Source: Catajapyx aquilonaris
Lineage: Eukaryota
Length of the DNA: 37,711 nt
NCBI GenBank assembly: GCA_000934665.2
Contig: JYFJ02003870.1
Span: 1 to 37,711, forward strand
Direction: 5' to 3'
Position numbers and translations under genes: made by a program. A model generated the notes under the pieces. It was not told the DNA's origin. It saw only the letters and a list, made by a program, of their open reading frames with translations, and searched no databases. Below, in pieces: positions 23,537 to 35,675 of this stretch. Numbering within the stretch: the stretch's first letter is position 1; the number at the start of each line of letters is the position of its first letter.

Positions 23537-23617
23537 ACTATCAGCACAATATTATTCCCGACACTTTCAAGGGCTTTTCTTTTGGGAGAGTGTCCGCAAT
23601 AATACTGTGCTGATAGT
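23537..23617. repeat. Short hairpin / mini-MITE
   Basis: ACTATCAGCACAATATTATT..GACACTTTC pairs with GAGAGTGTC..AATAATACTGTGCTGATAGT. Confidence 0.7.
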
Positions 23618-24074
23618 ACATAGTTTACTCCGAATTCTTCCGAACCAGGAGTAATTTTAAAATTCCAAATGTGAAGAGATCAACAAAAGGGTATCAGCTG
23701 AGCCATGCACCATTATGGTCATCAATTCAGTCAGCAAGATCAACATTCTTAATGAACTTAAATATCATGTTAGACACAAAAAATACGCCAAACCATTAGC
23801 AAAAGACTTCCTTACTTTCAAGAGTTTTTACCAAAGAGACCCAGGTTTTCATTTTCTAATAGAATGTGGAAATGGCAATCTTTGCTTGACACATCCAAAT
23901 CCACATCCCCGAGTGCCATACAGGGTGATGCAAATGGTGCCTATATGCTCTCTAGGTCCTCGAGATATGGGACAATATTACCCTAGTTAATTGTGGTGAT
24001 TTTGCATTCATTTCAGAGATAATTGGATGATCTTATTACTTTCATCGTACATACAAATAATTAGGGTCATCCTG

Positions 24075-24438
24075 AAGGGAGATGAAGTGGCGCCGCGGTA
24101 ACGCACGCGCGCACCCACGGATATGAAGGTCCCGGGTTCAATCCCCACCCGGGGTTCCCACCTTTATCCGTGCAGAGTTGGGCCATCTCTGGCTTCATTT
24201 TGGGTGGCAATTTTCGACAGACTAAGCCACCCGGGGGAGTTCACAAAATGACCGTTAGAGACATTGCACTTGCACTTTGCACATCCCCTCCTATTCATCC
24301 CCCCTTCGCTTGCGGTACCCGGGCGTTACGGAAAAGGACCACTTGTAAAAGCTTGTACATCTTAAGCAAATAAAGGTACCGTGCCAGATGCCCAATTAGG
24401 GCGGTGCACTAACCCTATTATTATTTAAAAAAAAAAAT
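24075..24438 (+). mobile_element. tRNA-derived SINE, family B, full length
   Basis: B box GGTTCAATCCC, A-tail, TSD TTAGGGTCATCCTG at 24061-24074 and 24439-24452. Confidence 0.9.
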
Positions 24439-24464
24439 TTAGGGTCATCCTGTATGTTATTCCA

Positions 24465-24744
24465 GCCGGCCTTGGTGGACTAGTGGTTAGCGCACACGCG
24501 TTCTGGTCCCAAGGTTGTGGGTCGAACCCGGCTGAGGTCGGTGACTTTTCTCCGGGTGGTAGAAAAGTGAGTGCGCGCCTTCCTTCGGAGGGGAAGTAAA
24601 GCAGTCGGTCCCGTGTGCTTGTGACATTGCGCGAGTGCACGTTTAAGATCCCCTGAGTGGCCAAATTTCCAGGAGGAGGACCACCCCCTGGCGTCCGTGT
24701 TGAGCCTTAGAGGCAGAAATAGGCCGACGTTAAGCCCTACTGAA
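24465..24744 (+). mobile_element. tRNA-derived SINE, family C (3' region resembles tick Ruka-type SINEs)
   Basis: A box TGGACTAGTGG, B-box-like GGTCGAACCC, TSD CTGTATGTTATTCCA at 24450-24464 and 24745-24759. 3' GTGCACGTTTAAGATCCC...GACGTTAAGCCC. Confidence 0.85.
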
Positions 24745-25950
24745 CTGTATGTTATTCCATCTCCCAGGTACCCACATTAGATGGATCATCTGGACATGCA
24801 GCACGACCCCCTTTATTCCTACATATGACAAATTTCAACTTGTGCCACATCTCCATCAGCCAGCCAAAATATGATAGAATAATTTTGTCATGGAATATCA
24901 CAAGGAATCTGTGTCCAAGAGGAAGTGGTTATCCTTTGCACCATCTGCAATACAACTTTGTGCAGGTTGCTCTGTTAATGCTGTCAACTTGTCCATATGG
25001 ATATCCTTCATGCATAAAAATCGAACCCTTTTTTGTGTTTGAACAAAGCCTCCCTAACAACACTGGTAATGATAATTAAATTATAGGAAATAATACAAAA
25101 TGGCACTCAACTAATCAGGGTTAAAAATCAAAGATGATACAAATCTGATTGCATTGTATTTCTTTGATCTTTGAGATTCACATGTGAAATTAATGAACAT
25201 ATTATCACAGAGTAGACCAGACCTTTCTGCATCTGACAGTGCCATTGAAAATGCTTCTTTGACAAAAATATTGGAGGCTTATTATTCCTCATTAATCTGA
25301 CAAAAGGGTGAATTCGACATTTTTGCTCAACTAGGATTATCTCTGGCAGCACCATAAAATGTTGCGTCGCATTCTGACAAAATGGCGAACTTACGGGGCA
25401 AGTAGAGTCAGAATTGGAGTGGGAAGTCAAAATGTCATCCTCCTTTTTTTTGTATAGCCGTTTGCAGGTTTATTTAGGCTCTCCTGTAAAATCACGTAAA
25501 TGTTGAATTCGTCCTTTTGTCAAATGAAAGCCGCATTATTCACAGCAGAATACATCCATATGGTTTGCTATTGCTCATCTGTGACACTGTCCAACAAAAT
25601 GCAGCTTTATCCACATCATGGTTGTCTTACATGAGTGGGGCTTCTGGAACTGCACCTTGAAGTAATCTCAATCTTTCAGTCAGACTCGTGTCTGGGGCAG
25701 GATTGTCATGATGGGAAGATGCCATCAGCCCAAAACCACCATACCAGTGAGCCAGCCATATTTCAAAATGCTTCATTTTGCTGAAACATGACCCATCAAG
25801 AAAGTGTATTGAAAATGACAGTAGTCAGAGCTTCTGGATCATGCCTCGGTAGTTGACCATACTCACTGTTGTCATAAGGTGAGGTGGATGAAGCCCATAC
25901 ACATATACGTACTGTGTCAGAGTTACGGCAACCCGACCATAAAGGCCCCG

Positions 25951-26011
25951 TGCCAATGTACGTGCCAATGTACGAGACAATGTACGAGACAATGTACGAG
26001 ACAATGTATCG
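25951..26011. repeat. 12-bp minisatellite (CAATGTACGAGA / CAATGTACGTGC), about 5 units
   Basis: Direct reading of the sequence. Confidence 0.9.
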
Positions 26012-26240
26012 TATCTCATCGTCCACAATTATACAAAAGCTAATCAAAATCAAGAATTTACATTTACTGTCCTCACAAAAGGAACTCCAATCAAAATAGC
26101 ACGATTTAATAGAATTTACGTTAGAGAAATTACATTTATATTTAAAATTAAACTGAGCCAAATAAGATCTGAAAAGCTGATAGTTCACAACTGTTAAATT
26201 TTAATGTACATTTAATGCAAGTTTTCCTGTAAATTTATGC

Positions 26241-26440
26241 CTCTGGCTTCATCTCTGGTGGAATCTCTGCTCGACTAATCCACCCGGGGGAGTTCACAAA
26301 ATAACCAACATTGCATTTGCACTTTGCGCATCCCCTCCTCATCACCCTGCCCATGGACCAGGCACTTTGTGAAAAGGTTCAGATATGTACAGGTTTTATA
26401 CAATGGTCTAATAAAGGTCCCTGCTACAAATCTCGTAAAG
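26241..26440 (+). mobile_element. 5'-truncated SINE, family B
   Basis: CTCTGGCTTCATCTC...CCACCCGGGGGAGTTCACAAAA...AATAAAGGTCC matches the 24075 copy. Confidence 0.8.
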
Positions 26441-27736
26441 AGGTCAAGAACTGCCGGAATTATTGTGTTTTTAAAAATCTGCATGTGACGGAGCTTGTAT
26501 TGAATGCACATTATTGGGATAACAGGGAATGTAGCCAAGTACCAAACTATAATATTCCAGATGTCCCTACAGCCACCACTCCCAACAATATTTGGACAGC
26601 ATTGAAATTTCAACAAAATGGCATTTTTCATATAGCTGAACAATCAAAGTAGTAGTTGGTAGCTCATGATGTCAGTCCTTTTATCATAACAATCCATCTT
26701 CCGAAACTGTCTCAATAAAAGCACACATGGGTAGACTAAGGTGCAGCTTGAGAAGTGATGGACACTTTAAGGCTTGGGCTAACTGTGTTCTGGGACAGTA
26801 TCACACATGAGGCACAACACATTCCTAAACAGCATGTAACATTAGCCTGCTTAAAGATATATCACAAACTACTATGTTGCACTGGGTTGATTATAACATG
26901 TGGTTATCAAATTGCACACACCTGTATGGATGCTTGAAAAAATTTCACTACCACTCCAATGTCTAATATGTTTCTAAGAGCCTCGATTTTTTTGGCCCAA
27001 ATTGCAACGAGGCTTAAAGGATGGCAAAACGTCTTGTGGCACTTGATTTCACTCTCTCATCAGCATTGACTTGCCACTTCAAATATTTCTTTTGTTGCTA
27101 AACAAAATCATTATCTGGCACTGTTAGGCAATGATGCCATCTTTGCATTTCTCTTTGACAAAACTATTGAAGAGGTAAGGTAGAATCTTGTTAATGAGTT
27201 CAACATCATTTGACCAACAGGAACTTCTTCTAACATTACAATTTGGAGTTATGAAAGTCAGAGTTGAGGTCAATATAAAGAAACAAAGTCACCTCAACAG
27301 AATCACACAAAATGGAATTGATGTGCCATCTGAATACTTGCACCTCAACATACTATGAAAAAAATAAAGGAATGAGTGTCTAACTCACACTGAACAAGTA
27401 TTTATCACCATCCATCAGAATAACTTCAAAATATTGACAAAAGACAAATAAAAGCAAGAAAAGACAAATAAGAGAAAGAAAAGACAAATAAGAGCACAAA
27501 AAAAGCCTGTCTAGACATCTCTTGCATTTCCACCCATGCAAATCATTTTCAACAAAATTGCTGCACAATATATTGCTGCATCTTGTTGTGATAAACCCTG
27601 TTTAAATTTCCCTTACTTGAGGGCATTGAAAGGCAGGGGGGAAGAGGACAACAAATATCGAGAAATCAGTCATGTGGTCCAAACCGGCTTCAGTAGAAAC
27701 CAATCAAGACTTCTGTAAGTCCTTCACATCTCTGCA

Positions 27737-27866
27737 TCAGATGGTGAACATGCAGGACTTGGTCCTACGGTCATCTATATCAACACGGCACATGGGGCAC
27801 TGCTTGTTGGATGGTAGCCATTGGTCTACACATTGCTTGTGGAAGAGGTGCATGCATGGTAGACGC
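27737..27866 (-). CDS. RNF111: Arkadia-type RING-H2 E3 ligase, terminal exon
   Basis: Acceptor ctttgcag|G. Encodes [30 protein letters not shown]...TI, then stop TGA. Closely matches the RNF111/RNF165 RING. Confidence 0.92.
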
Positions 27867-27944
27867 CTGCAAAGCAAGAATCTGTTACGAGTTGTGCTTG
27901 ACACAAAGCACTAGATGAGAAAGTACCATTTCCAGAGGGGAGTG

Positions 27945-28071
27945 TATAGATGGGTCGGCAAACGAACGCAAGCAGATGGCCAATTTTATGACAGGTCGGA
28001 ATAGAGTTTGTAATGTAATTCCTGTAATAAAATTGGGCACCCGCTTGCGTTCGTTCACCGACCCATCTATA
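27945..28071. mobile_element. Small foldback MITE
   Basis: About 50-bp arms TATAGATGGGTCGG...CCGACCCATCTATA. Confidence 0.8.
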
Positions 28072-28968
28072 ATTGTGAGTTTATAACATCCAGTGTCAGG
28101 AACTGACAAGTTGCTCTTGTAGAGCTCTCATTCTATTTTCCTTTCATTTGGAACAGATCGTCACACAGTCTAAGATATTTTAACACCACAAGAAACAAAA
28201 ACATTAAATGATCCTCTTAGATGGAAAATATTAAGGACACCTTGAAAATGGTGCAAATTTTCAATTTTTACAAACTTCAAAATAATGTCCACAGCATCTG
28301 ATTTGCACAGGCACGAATGATTATTTTCATTTCTATTGAAGTGATATATGATACCACATTTTTAGATGCATATTTATTATTGGTTGTTAAATCTTCATGT
28401 TTAAGCTTCCAGTTTGTAATTAGTAAGACTGCCTCATGACCAAGATTTGCAAACTGCTTGCACTATTCCCTTAAATAGCTCTGCAATTAAAGGAGAAATC
28501 CTTCCCTCAAAGGGAGCCGATTTCCCTTATTATCTGGCATCCAGCCTTTACAAAGAGATCACCACCCAGACAGCATTTGTCAAAAGAGGAACGGGCTCAC
28601 CACTCCCTTGATTTCAAAGGCAGGGGGGAACAGCTTCAACTTTAACTTGTTAAGGGTGACGAGCATCATGAGGATCTGCGGATGTTTCAATTTGGCATAC
28701 TAAAATGTGCACAGAGAATTCAAACTTTGTGGTTCCAAATTCAGTTCAATATACTCCTGACATCTCTCTCTCTCTCTCTCTCTCGTCCCCCTGAAAGGGC
28801 CCCGCCCTAGAATGGGGTAACATAAATAAATACTCCTGGCATCTCTTGGATGGTGACTAAACTACCATGAGACTCCCACAATCCACTGGGCGGGAGCCAA
28901 GCTGAGTCGAACATGCAAAGGCCACACAACTGCCACGTCACCTTGCATGCAAAAAAACGCCCTGAGTA

Positions 28969-29133
28969 CAGGGTGTGCGTAAAGCCTGGACCCTTGGGAG
29001 TTTCTCATAGTACAGTGTTGTGGTAATATTATGCAAATATAATAACAGTGTATAGTGATTATGTAAACTTGTTAGGCCTATCGACATTATGGGAGCCAAA
29101 CGATTTAAAACAAATTATTTCTGGAACACCCTG
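28969..29133. mobile_element. Small Tc1/mariner-type MITE
   Basis: TA|CAGGGTGT...ACACCCTG|TA. Confidence 0.6.
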
Positions 29134-29685
29134 TAGATGAATTCTTTCCGGCATTTTACAAGGACCACCACGAACTAAAATGATTAATTATGGTGCGAAG
29201 TAGTTATTCATTAATATTACTCCCACATCAAATTATGGACAAAAGAGAAAAAAACGGCCCAAAAACCTGCCGAAAACTCCGCCGTCAACAGGTTTAAGGA
29301 GCAGGGATACCATGCGGCAAAATGCTACAGGCTGGGTTTGGAGAAGCCAAATCAGGCTGCCACATCACAACCCTGTGTGGAACCATGTTCTCAGGCAATG
29401 TTGTTCCCTGCCAAGCACATAGGCAGGCCTGAGAAAGGGTTATGCAGAGTGAAACAGATTAACACAACTCTGCCCCTAGCATCCTCTGGGTCATGATGGT
29501 GACTGGCAAAATTTCACATCACACAATTTAAGGTTTTGTTTACAGGCTGGCAAGCTTTTCCTAACCTGGTTACCCCCCGAGTTGTTTGATCCATATCCTA
29601 CTATCACATTCTGATAACTGTGTGGTGCTGGTACAAAATTATACTGATTTGGGTTTTAAGAAATAAAAAAAAGGGATTACTTTAC

Positions 29686-29765
29686 CTTACTTCCTCGTTT
29701 TCCTCATAATCACAAAGGCAAATTGTGCACTTTTCCGGGGTATCTTCCTCAACACTCCTTTTAAC
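29686..29765 (-). CDS. RNF111: Arkadia-type E3 ligase exon (first half of the RING)
   Basis: cag|GTT...AG|gtaaag, 80 nt. Encodes VKRSVEEDTPEKCTICLCDYEENEEV(R). Confidence 0.92.
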
Positions 29766-29817
29766 CTGAAAAAGCACATATTAAAAGAGCAAAAAGAAAA
29801 CAATCACAATGTCTTAC

Positions 29818-30094
29818 CTTCTTGTAGCGGTGAGGGAAGGTATTGCGCTCAATGCATGCTTGATTTGCACCAGAAGTGCCTTGATTAGCACGTGAGTCAA
29901 ACAGACGTATCAGTTCAAATGCTTGCCCCATTCCAATATGATAGGGTGGGAAGAAAGCCACAGTATCTCCCCCCAACATTGTTTGAGAGCCAGAGAAGGC
30001 TGTATCTGCATGTTCCACTACCCCGTGCAGGCCGTGCAGGGAATCCTGCTCCATAGCAAATCCATTGGTTCGAGGTCTGTATGGGTTCCGGGTC
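29818..30094 (-). CDS. RNF111: Arkadia-type E3 ligase exon (pre-RING region)
   Basis: Ends GANQACIERNTFPHRYKK|gtaaga, compared with Arkadia GASQGTIERCTYPHKYKK. Acceptor gacag|G, phase 2. Confidence 0.88.
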
Positions 30095-30716
30095 CTGTCT
30101 CGCAAGGCAGAGCAAAAAGCCATGTCACATGGGTAAAAACATGCTTATTTATCAAACAACTGTAGGAAATCTTTCAACAAATCTCCATGTAACAAAACAT
30201 AACAGAAATTCTATGTGCTTCATTTTTGGGTCAACGTGTATGATTTTTCCCTCACCCACTCTGAATAAATTACTTTATAGTCACCAATGATGTAAAAAAA
30301 CATTATGTCACACTACTACTCACAATCCCACCAAATTTGACCATTCAATTCCATTCAACCAAATACGTTTACCCAACACACACTCAGCAACTGTGTAAGG
30401 CATACTGCTTTCACAGGGAAAGAGTACAGTGCTACTGTTTGAGATAAGTCCGGCTTATCACATGACAAGAGAGCTAGGTGACAGTCACCCATGTCCAGTA
30501 ACCAGCAATGACTCATGAGCCACATGACGCAACACCTCCCGGTAAGGGAAATGTTACAGGTACAATTTGATGTGAAACCCATCTATTTCTGTATATTAAT
30601 TGGAAAACTACAGACAATTACCTGGGTCAATTACCTATTGATCACCCTGTATATTCAGTTTCATTATATGGAGATTCTATTTCATCAGTATGTGCCAGTG
30701 AAAAATAGCCACTCAC

Positions 30717-30805
30717 ATGGGACGGCAAGGGTCTTCTAGTGCTCGAGCTCGAGATGTTGATGGTTCATCTACACCATTGGCACCAGTCTCTCGTGAATAC
30801 TCACT
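30717..30805 (-). CDS. RNF111: Arkadia-type E3 ligase exon (not in the ORF track)
   Basis: ttttttccccctcag|AGT...AT|gtgagt, 89 nt. Encodes SEYSRETGANGVDEPSTSRARALEDPCRP and reconciles phase 0 to 2 between the neighbouring exons. Confidence 0.8.
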
Positions 30806-30878
30806 CTGAGGGGGAAAAAACAAAAGAAATTGGTAATTTCAAGCAACTTGTGCAGGGAAAGTAATAAATAAGACAAAC

Positions 30879-31191
30879 CCTGTAGTCTGGCAAATCTGAT
30901 CGCATTTGAGCTTCACCAGAAGGACCAGCTGATGTTGACGCTAGTTCAGGATGAGAGAGAACTGTAGGTTGTTGTGGTACTGGCAAGGGTGGTTGGGTAT
31001 TGCTCTTCATTTGATGGATCAACAATCCACCACTACCTGAGCTTGAGCTAGCCCCTTCTTCACCTGGACGTGAAGACAAATCGTGGTTTGACTGGTAAAA
31101 CTGGCAATGCAAGGAATGGTTTATGGCCTGCTGCTCACGCTGGATCTGCTGTTGCCTCTGGTAGTTCTCCATCAAAGCAGTATCAGATTGC
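30879..31191 (-). CDS. RNF111: Arkadia-type E3 ligase exon (Gln/Ser/Pro-rich); upstream exons not resolved
   Basis: tctttgcag|G CAA TCT...AGG|gtttgt, 313 nt open. Confidence 0.8.
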
Positions 31192-31568
31192 CTGCAAAGA
31201 AGACATATGACTCATAATGCCATTTCACAACAATTACCTCCATAAGAAATGCCTTTATGTTATGTTAGCAGGATGCCTCTCTCGGCCAAGCCATATTCAA
31301 TGCTATGCAACAGAGTCTGTGTTGCAGAAACTACCTGTATCATTATAGAGATCGTAATGGCAAGAGGACATGCAAGAGCCTAAATGCACAGTAAAGCAGA
31401 AAACCCCAAGTGGACAAAAATGTATTGGCCAGGAACAACATCCTTTGTACGATGACACCAGCCTCAAGGAGTTGGCAATAACACAAAAAGGCCTCTCAGC
31501 CATACAAGTGAGCAAAATATTAAAAAGACATCCCAGCTTATGTACCCAGAAAGAATAGCTATTTTCCT

Positions 31569-32180
31569 TGTAATGCTGACAACCAACCCTTCTGAATTTT
31601 GAAATTTTTTGGATTTTCTAATTCTGCTTGGCCTATAGTGTTGAGAAAACATCACCTCCGCTGCTAATTTCCACGTTAGCAGGGTGAAAATACAGCCAAA
31701 ATGCGATGTTCCGAAGCCACAACACCTGCATCCGGTCGCGAGTCGGCGGTCCCGGCTGCCCGGTCGCGGTCGCCTTTCACCACGTCTGTAGCGCTCTCCG
31801 AGAAGGGTCATCTTGCACGCTTTGACGTCGAAGGCGATTATAATAATGGAGAGCCTTGGAGTCCTGGCTTCCTTTGACTTCAAAGCGTGCGAGATGACCC
31901 TTCTCCTTCATGGCACCAGAGAGAGCTACAGACGTGGTGAAAGGCGACCGCGACCGGGCAGCCAGGACGAGCGACTCGCGACCGGATGCAGGTGTTGTGG
32001 CTGCAGAATATTGCCTTTTGGCTTGTAGTTTGACCCTGCTAACGTGGAAATTAGCAGCGGAGGTGATGTTTTCTCAACACTATAGGACAAGCAGAGTACC
32101 GGTATATTAGAAAATACAAAAAATTTCAAATTTCAGGAGGGTAAGAAAAGTTACTTTGGTTGTCAGACAAGCACATTATA
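31569..32180. mobile_element. GC-rich foldback element
   Basis: About 250-bp inverted arms (about 31585-31833 and 31870-32142) with a short spacer. Confidence 0.85.
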
Positions 32181-32271
32181 TCTAGAGGATCAACAAATGC
32201 TTTCCTAACAATACCCTCCTTATTGCGGATACCCCTTATGTTAACAATGGAGAGTCTAACCTTGGTATTTT

Positions 32272-32901
32272 CAAAGGTGGGCATTAGCGCCTCTAATCAG
32301 CTAACACCTAATAGCTGAATTAACTTTTCATTGGCCGATTAGCTGTTTTCTCTCACTTTTCAGGCCGCTAGCTGACTAATTAGCTCCCACTAAATTAGTG
32401 CCGCACTGCAGCTAAATAAATTCAGCTATAAGAACAAAATTCATTCGTGTTCCTGTCTCGCTGTCTGTTCCTTTTTAAAGTTGCATTGTTTCCACTCCAG
32501 GCAGGGATTAAAATAGACCAGTTTTACAGGGCTAGGTGCCGGATTGTTAATTCTCTGTCTACCTGGCCAAAACTTATTTTCCGATCACTTCGGTGCTCGG
32601 ATTATATTATAGCTACCAGTTTTTTAATATAAATTTTGCCTAGCCTGTCTTTGTAGCTTTCTTCTGAGACAAATAAACTTTTTTCCTCTTTGGATTTGTT
32701 TTTTACTTTTTGTACGGAACAGTAGCCTAAATAACTAAATCATCGGTCATGGAGCAAAAAAAAAAGGAAGTTAGCTGTTAGCATTAGCGTTAACTAATTT
32801 TCTAGCCATTTAGCATTAGCTATTTAGCAAATCCAATTTTTTGTAGTTAGCTGATCAGCTGTAAGAGAAGCTGATTTTTTGGTTAGCTGTGCCCACCTTT
32901 G
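32272..32901. mobile_element. Non-autonomous hAT element
   Basis: TIR CAAAGGTGGGCA...TGCCCACCTTTG, 8-bp TSD GGTATTTT (32264-32271 and 32902-32909), subterminal TTAGC/GCTAA repeats. Confidence 0.9.
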
Positions 32902-33566
32902 GGTATTTTCCACCCTCTTCTTACTACCTACCCCCGAACTTCGAACATTCCCTACCCAGGAGAGAAACTGAATTAAAATTAGTGTAACTTGCAGTTCTCC
33001 CGAACATCTCGTTGCGACCAAAAAGAAAAATATCTGGAGCACTGGTCAATCACTCGCAGAAAATTTCAGGTGTAACCATGGTACCCCAATTATCACTGGA
33101 TGCAAGACTTTAATTGAATGTTGGCACTATATGTCAAGTCATTCAGCAAAAGAATTTCCATTTTGTCCTGGTGCATATGCCTCTCTAAATACCCTCAATG
33201 AGAAAATTATGGCCAGTGTTGTGAACTGACATCATGGTTATTACATCTCTTTGCTCAAGGTAGTTACTTCTTGTTCTTGATAATACCAGCCCCTGCCATA
33301 GGTAAATGGCATGTGTGCAAAAACTAATATAGACTTTTGGTGAGGACAAGGGCTAACCTTGTCTAAGAACTAAGTTACCATATTACGTCATATAAAGTAG
33401 CATGCCGGTGTAGTCAAGGTGGAGCAGTTTGTCGAAATTCATGATCTGGTGGCTATACCGGCATGCCGGTATGAGGCAAGGTTTTCCCTTACATTAGCCT
33501 TTCATAATTTGACATTTGCCTGAAATCGATATCCATGAAAAGGCACATTTTCCTAATCTAATACTG

Positions 33567-34378
33567 CAGTTAGATCAAAACCATTCCCTTCAGTAAAAAA
33601 AAGGGAAGTAAGACCTCCGTGGCGGAATGAAGGTACTGAAACAAGGCAGGCGCACGGAAGACCTTCACCAATTGATTTAAGCTGTACCACAGGTCTTACT
33701 CAAGCAATTTCCAATTCACTGCTCATGAAGTCTCCTTTCTGAAACCAATTTGTGGAATTTTCGTCCTACTACTAATATTACTTCTAACAGCAGTACCAGT
33801 GTACTGCAATTGTACTGGTAAATTAACAGTAACTATAATTACTTAGTAGTACGACGGAAATTCCGCCCATTAATTTTCCGTGAGCCACTCCATATAAGTG
33901 TTTTCTGAAATTATGAACTTCAATATTAAGCGCATTGAATTTCTAGTCTAGACGATTAGTTCGAATTATTGCCATGAAACATTTATGCAGAATCGTCACC
34001 TCCTTTAGATGCTGATTTTAACTGTAATGTTTAATTTTTCACATGTAGACGGAAATTGGTGAAATTTCAATGGTCTTTTTCGAATGAATGGCTTCTGCAT
34101 TTTCAGGAGAAAACATTTCCAAGTCTGTGAGGATGGGTTCAGTTCTTCTCCTTTTTTCCTTCCCTTCCCCGTCCCACTGCTCTGAGTAGCTTGCAGCAGT
34201 AATTTTTACGAGTCGTTCCATACACTACTTGAGAATTGCTTGAGTAAGACCTGTGGTACAGCTTAAATCAATTGGTGAAGGTCTTACGTGCGCCTGCCTT
34301 GTTTCAGTACCTTCATTCCGCCACGAAGGTCATACTTCTCTTTTTTTTACTGAAGGGAATGTTTTTGATCTAATTTCA
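33567..34378. mobile_element. Inverted-repeat element with an internal hairpin
   Basis: About 143-bp arms (33567-33709 and 34236-34378), with a nested hairpin at about 33754-33864. Confidence 0.8.
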
Positions 34379-34716
34379 GTTCTTTTTTGACAGTACGAAA
34401 TAGGTACAATGATGCCTCATTTCAATATCATACATATTAATACCTTATAATATTTTGAGTTCAGGAGACTGGAGTAGGCAGGCTGTCCCATGAGGACGTC
34501 CTTGGGATCACGAGGAATGGATGTTTTGAGATGACATTATCTGGATTGTGGAGAAAGGAAAGGCATTATGGAATTATCATGGTACAGAGAGAGGGTGGGA
34601 CACTAACCTCAGGAATTTGTGTGATGATTTTGGTGAGGAATTCTTCGATTGGATTTGGGAATATCAGTGTTGACAAGAGTTCAGGAGACTGGAGTAGACA
34701 GGCTGTCCCATGAGGG

Positions 34717-34920
34717 CAGTGATTCAGAAACAGATACTGAATCACTGTTTCAGTATCTGTTTCTGAATCACCGTTTCAGTATCTGTTTCTGAATCACCGT
34801 TTCAGTATCTGTTTCTGAATCACTGTTTCAGTATCTGTTTCTGAATCACTGTTTCAGTATCTGTTTCTGAATCACTGTTGCAGTATCTGTTTCAGGACTG
34901 AATCACCGTTTCAGTATCTG
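34717..34920. repeat. 26-bp tandem array (TGAATCACTGTTTCAGTATCTGTTTC, 6-7 units) preceded by one inverted unit
   Basis: Units at 34738, 34764, 34790, 34816, 34842, 34868 and a partial at 34899. Inverted copy at 34717-34740. Confidence 0.92.
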
Positions 34921-35255
34921 AATTGTGGAGAAAGGAAAGGCATTATGGAATTGTCATGGTACAGAAAGAGAGGAGGGGATACTAACCTCATGAATTTTCA
35001 AAAGATTTTCTTGGAGTTTTGTACGGTTTGATAATAGTTGAGGAGAAAGGAGTAGGAGTTGATGGAGGTGGAGAAGGCAATCAGGCATCTCAGGAAGTCT
35101 TTGGAGTCACAAGGAATGGAATTTAAGATTTATCATTTCAATTATGCTGCAATTATAGTAGCTGCAAAATAGTAGGAATAGTAATGGAAACGGAATAGAG
35201 GGATGGTGGGATACTAACCTCAGATTTTTTTTTGGGAGATTTAGGTACGAAGAAT

Positions 35256-35675
35256 CTAGTAGGGAACTAAGAAGAGTACCACTGCATCTTTCACATGGGT
35301 TTTCGTACTAGTCTCAATATTGATGGTCTGGTCATTCACATGCAACCATTCCTTGCCCTCTCGCACCATGGCGGTGTAGTGGCCACTTAACAAATTGTTC
35401 CCCTGGTGACAAATGATTGCTATGCACACAAATCTGTCCGATGCAATTCTGACATCGTCAGGATTGAATTCTGAGATGCCAGCAGTCACCTTTCGTGCTC
35501 TTTCATCATACCGGGCCAGATGGCGTAATACACACCCGGTGACCTCCTGGATGCTGTAGGTTGTCACTGGGCAACTGCATGCACATACGGCGCACTGCAG
35601 TTGGATGTCCACCTTCTTCAATAGGCTATCGAACCCAGAACCCAGAACAGAGGCATAACCTTTGACCCACAACAA
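35256..35675 (-). pseudogene. Ubiquitin-specific protease (peptidase C19) C-terminal fragment
   Basis: CAVC knuckle, HLARY, His box AIICHQGNNLLSGHYTAMVR, WLHVND, DAVVLFL. No Cys box visible. Confidence 0.75.

Noticed and set aside
27420..27510. Lys-rich plus-strand stretch as the NOL12 terminal exon
   Set aside because: Stops in the frames I checked; it is low-complexity sequence in the probable RNF111-like 3' UTR.
31464..32129. Mirror ORFs with RRGERRPRPGS peptides
   Set aside because: By-product of the GC-rich foldback arms.
34717..34920. CRISPR-like array of 26-bp repeats
   Set aside because: Units are contiguous with no unique spacers, there are no cas genes, and the context is eukaryotic.
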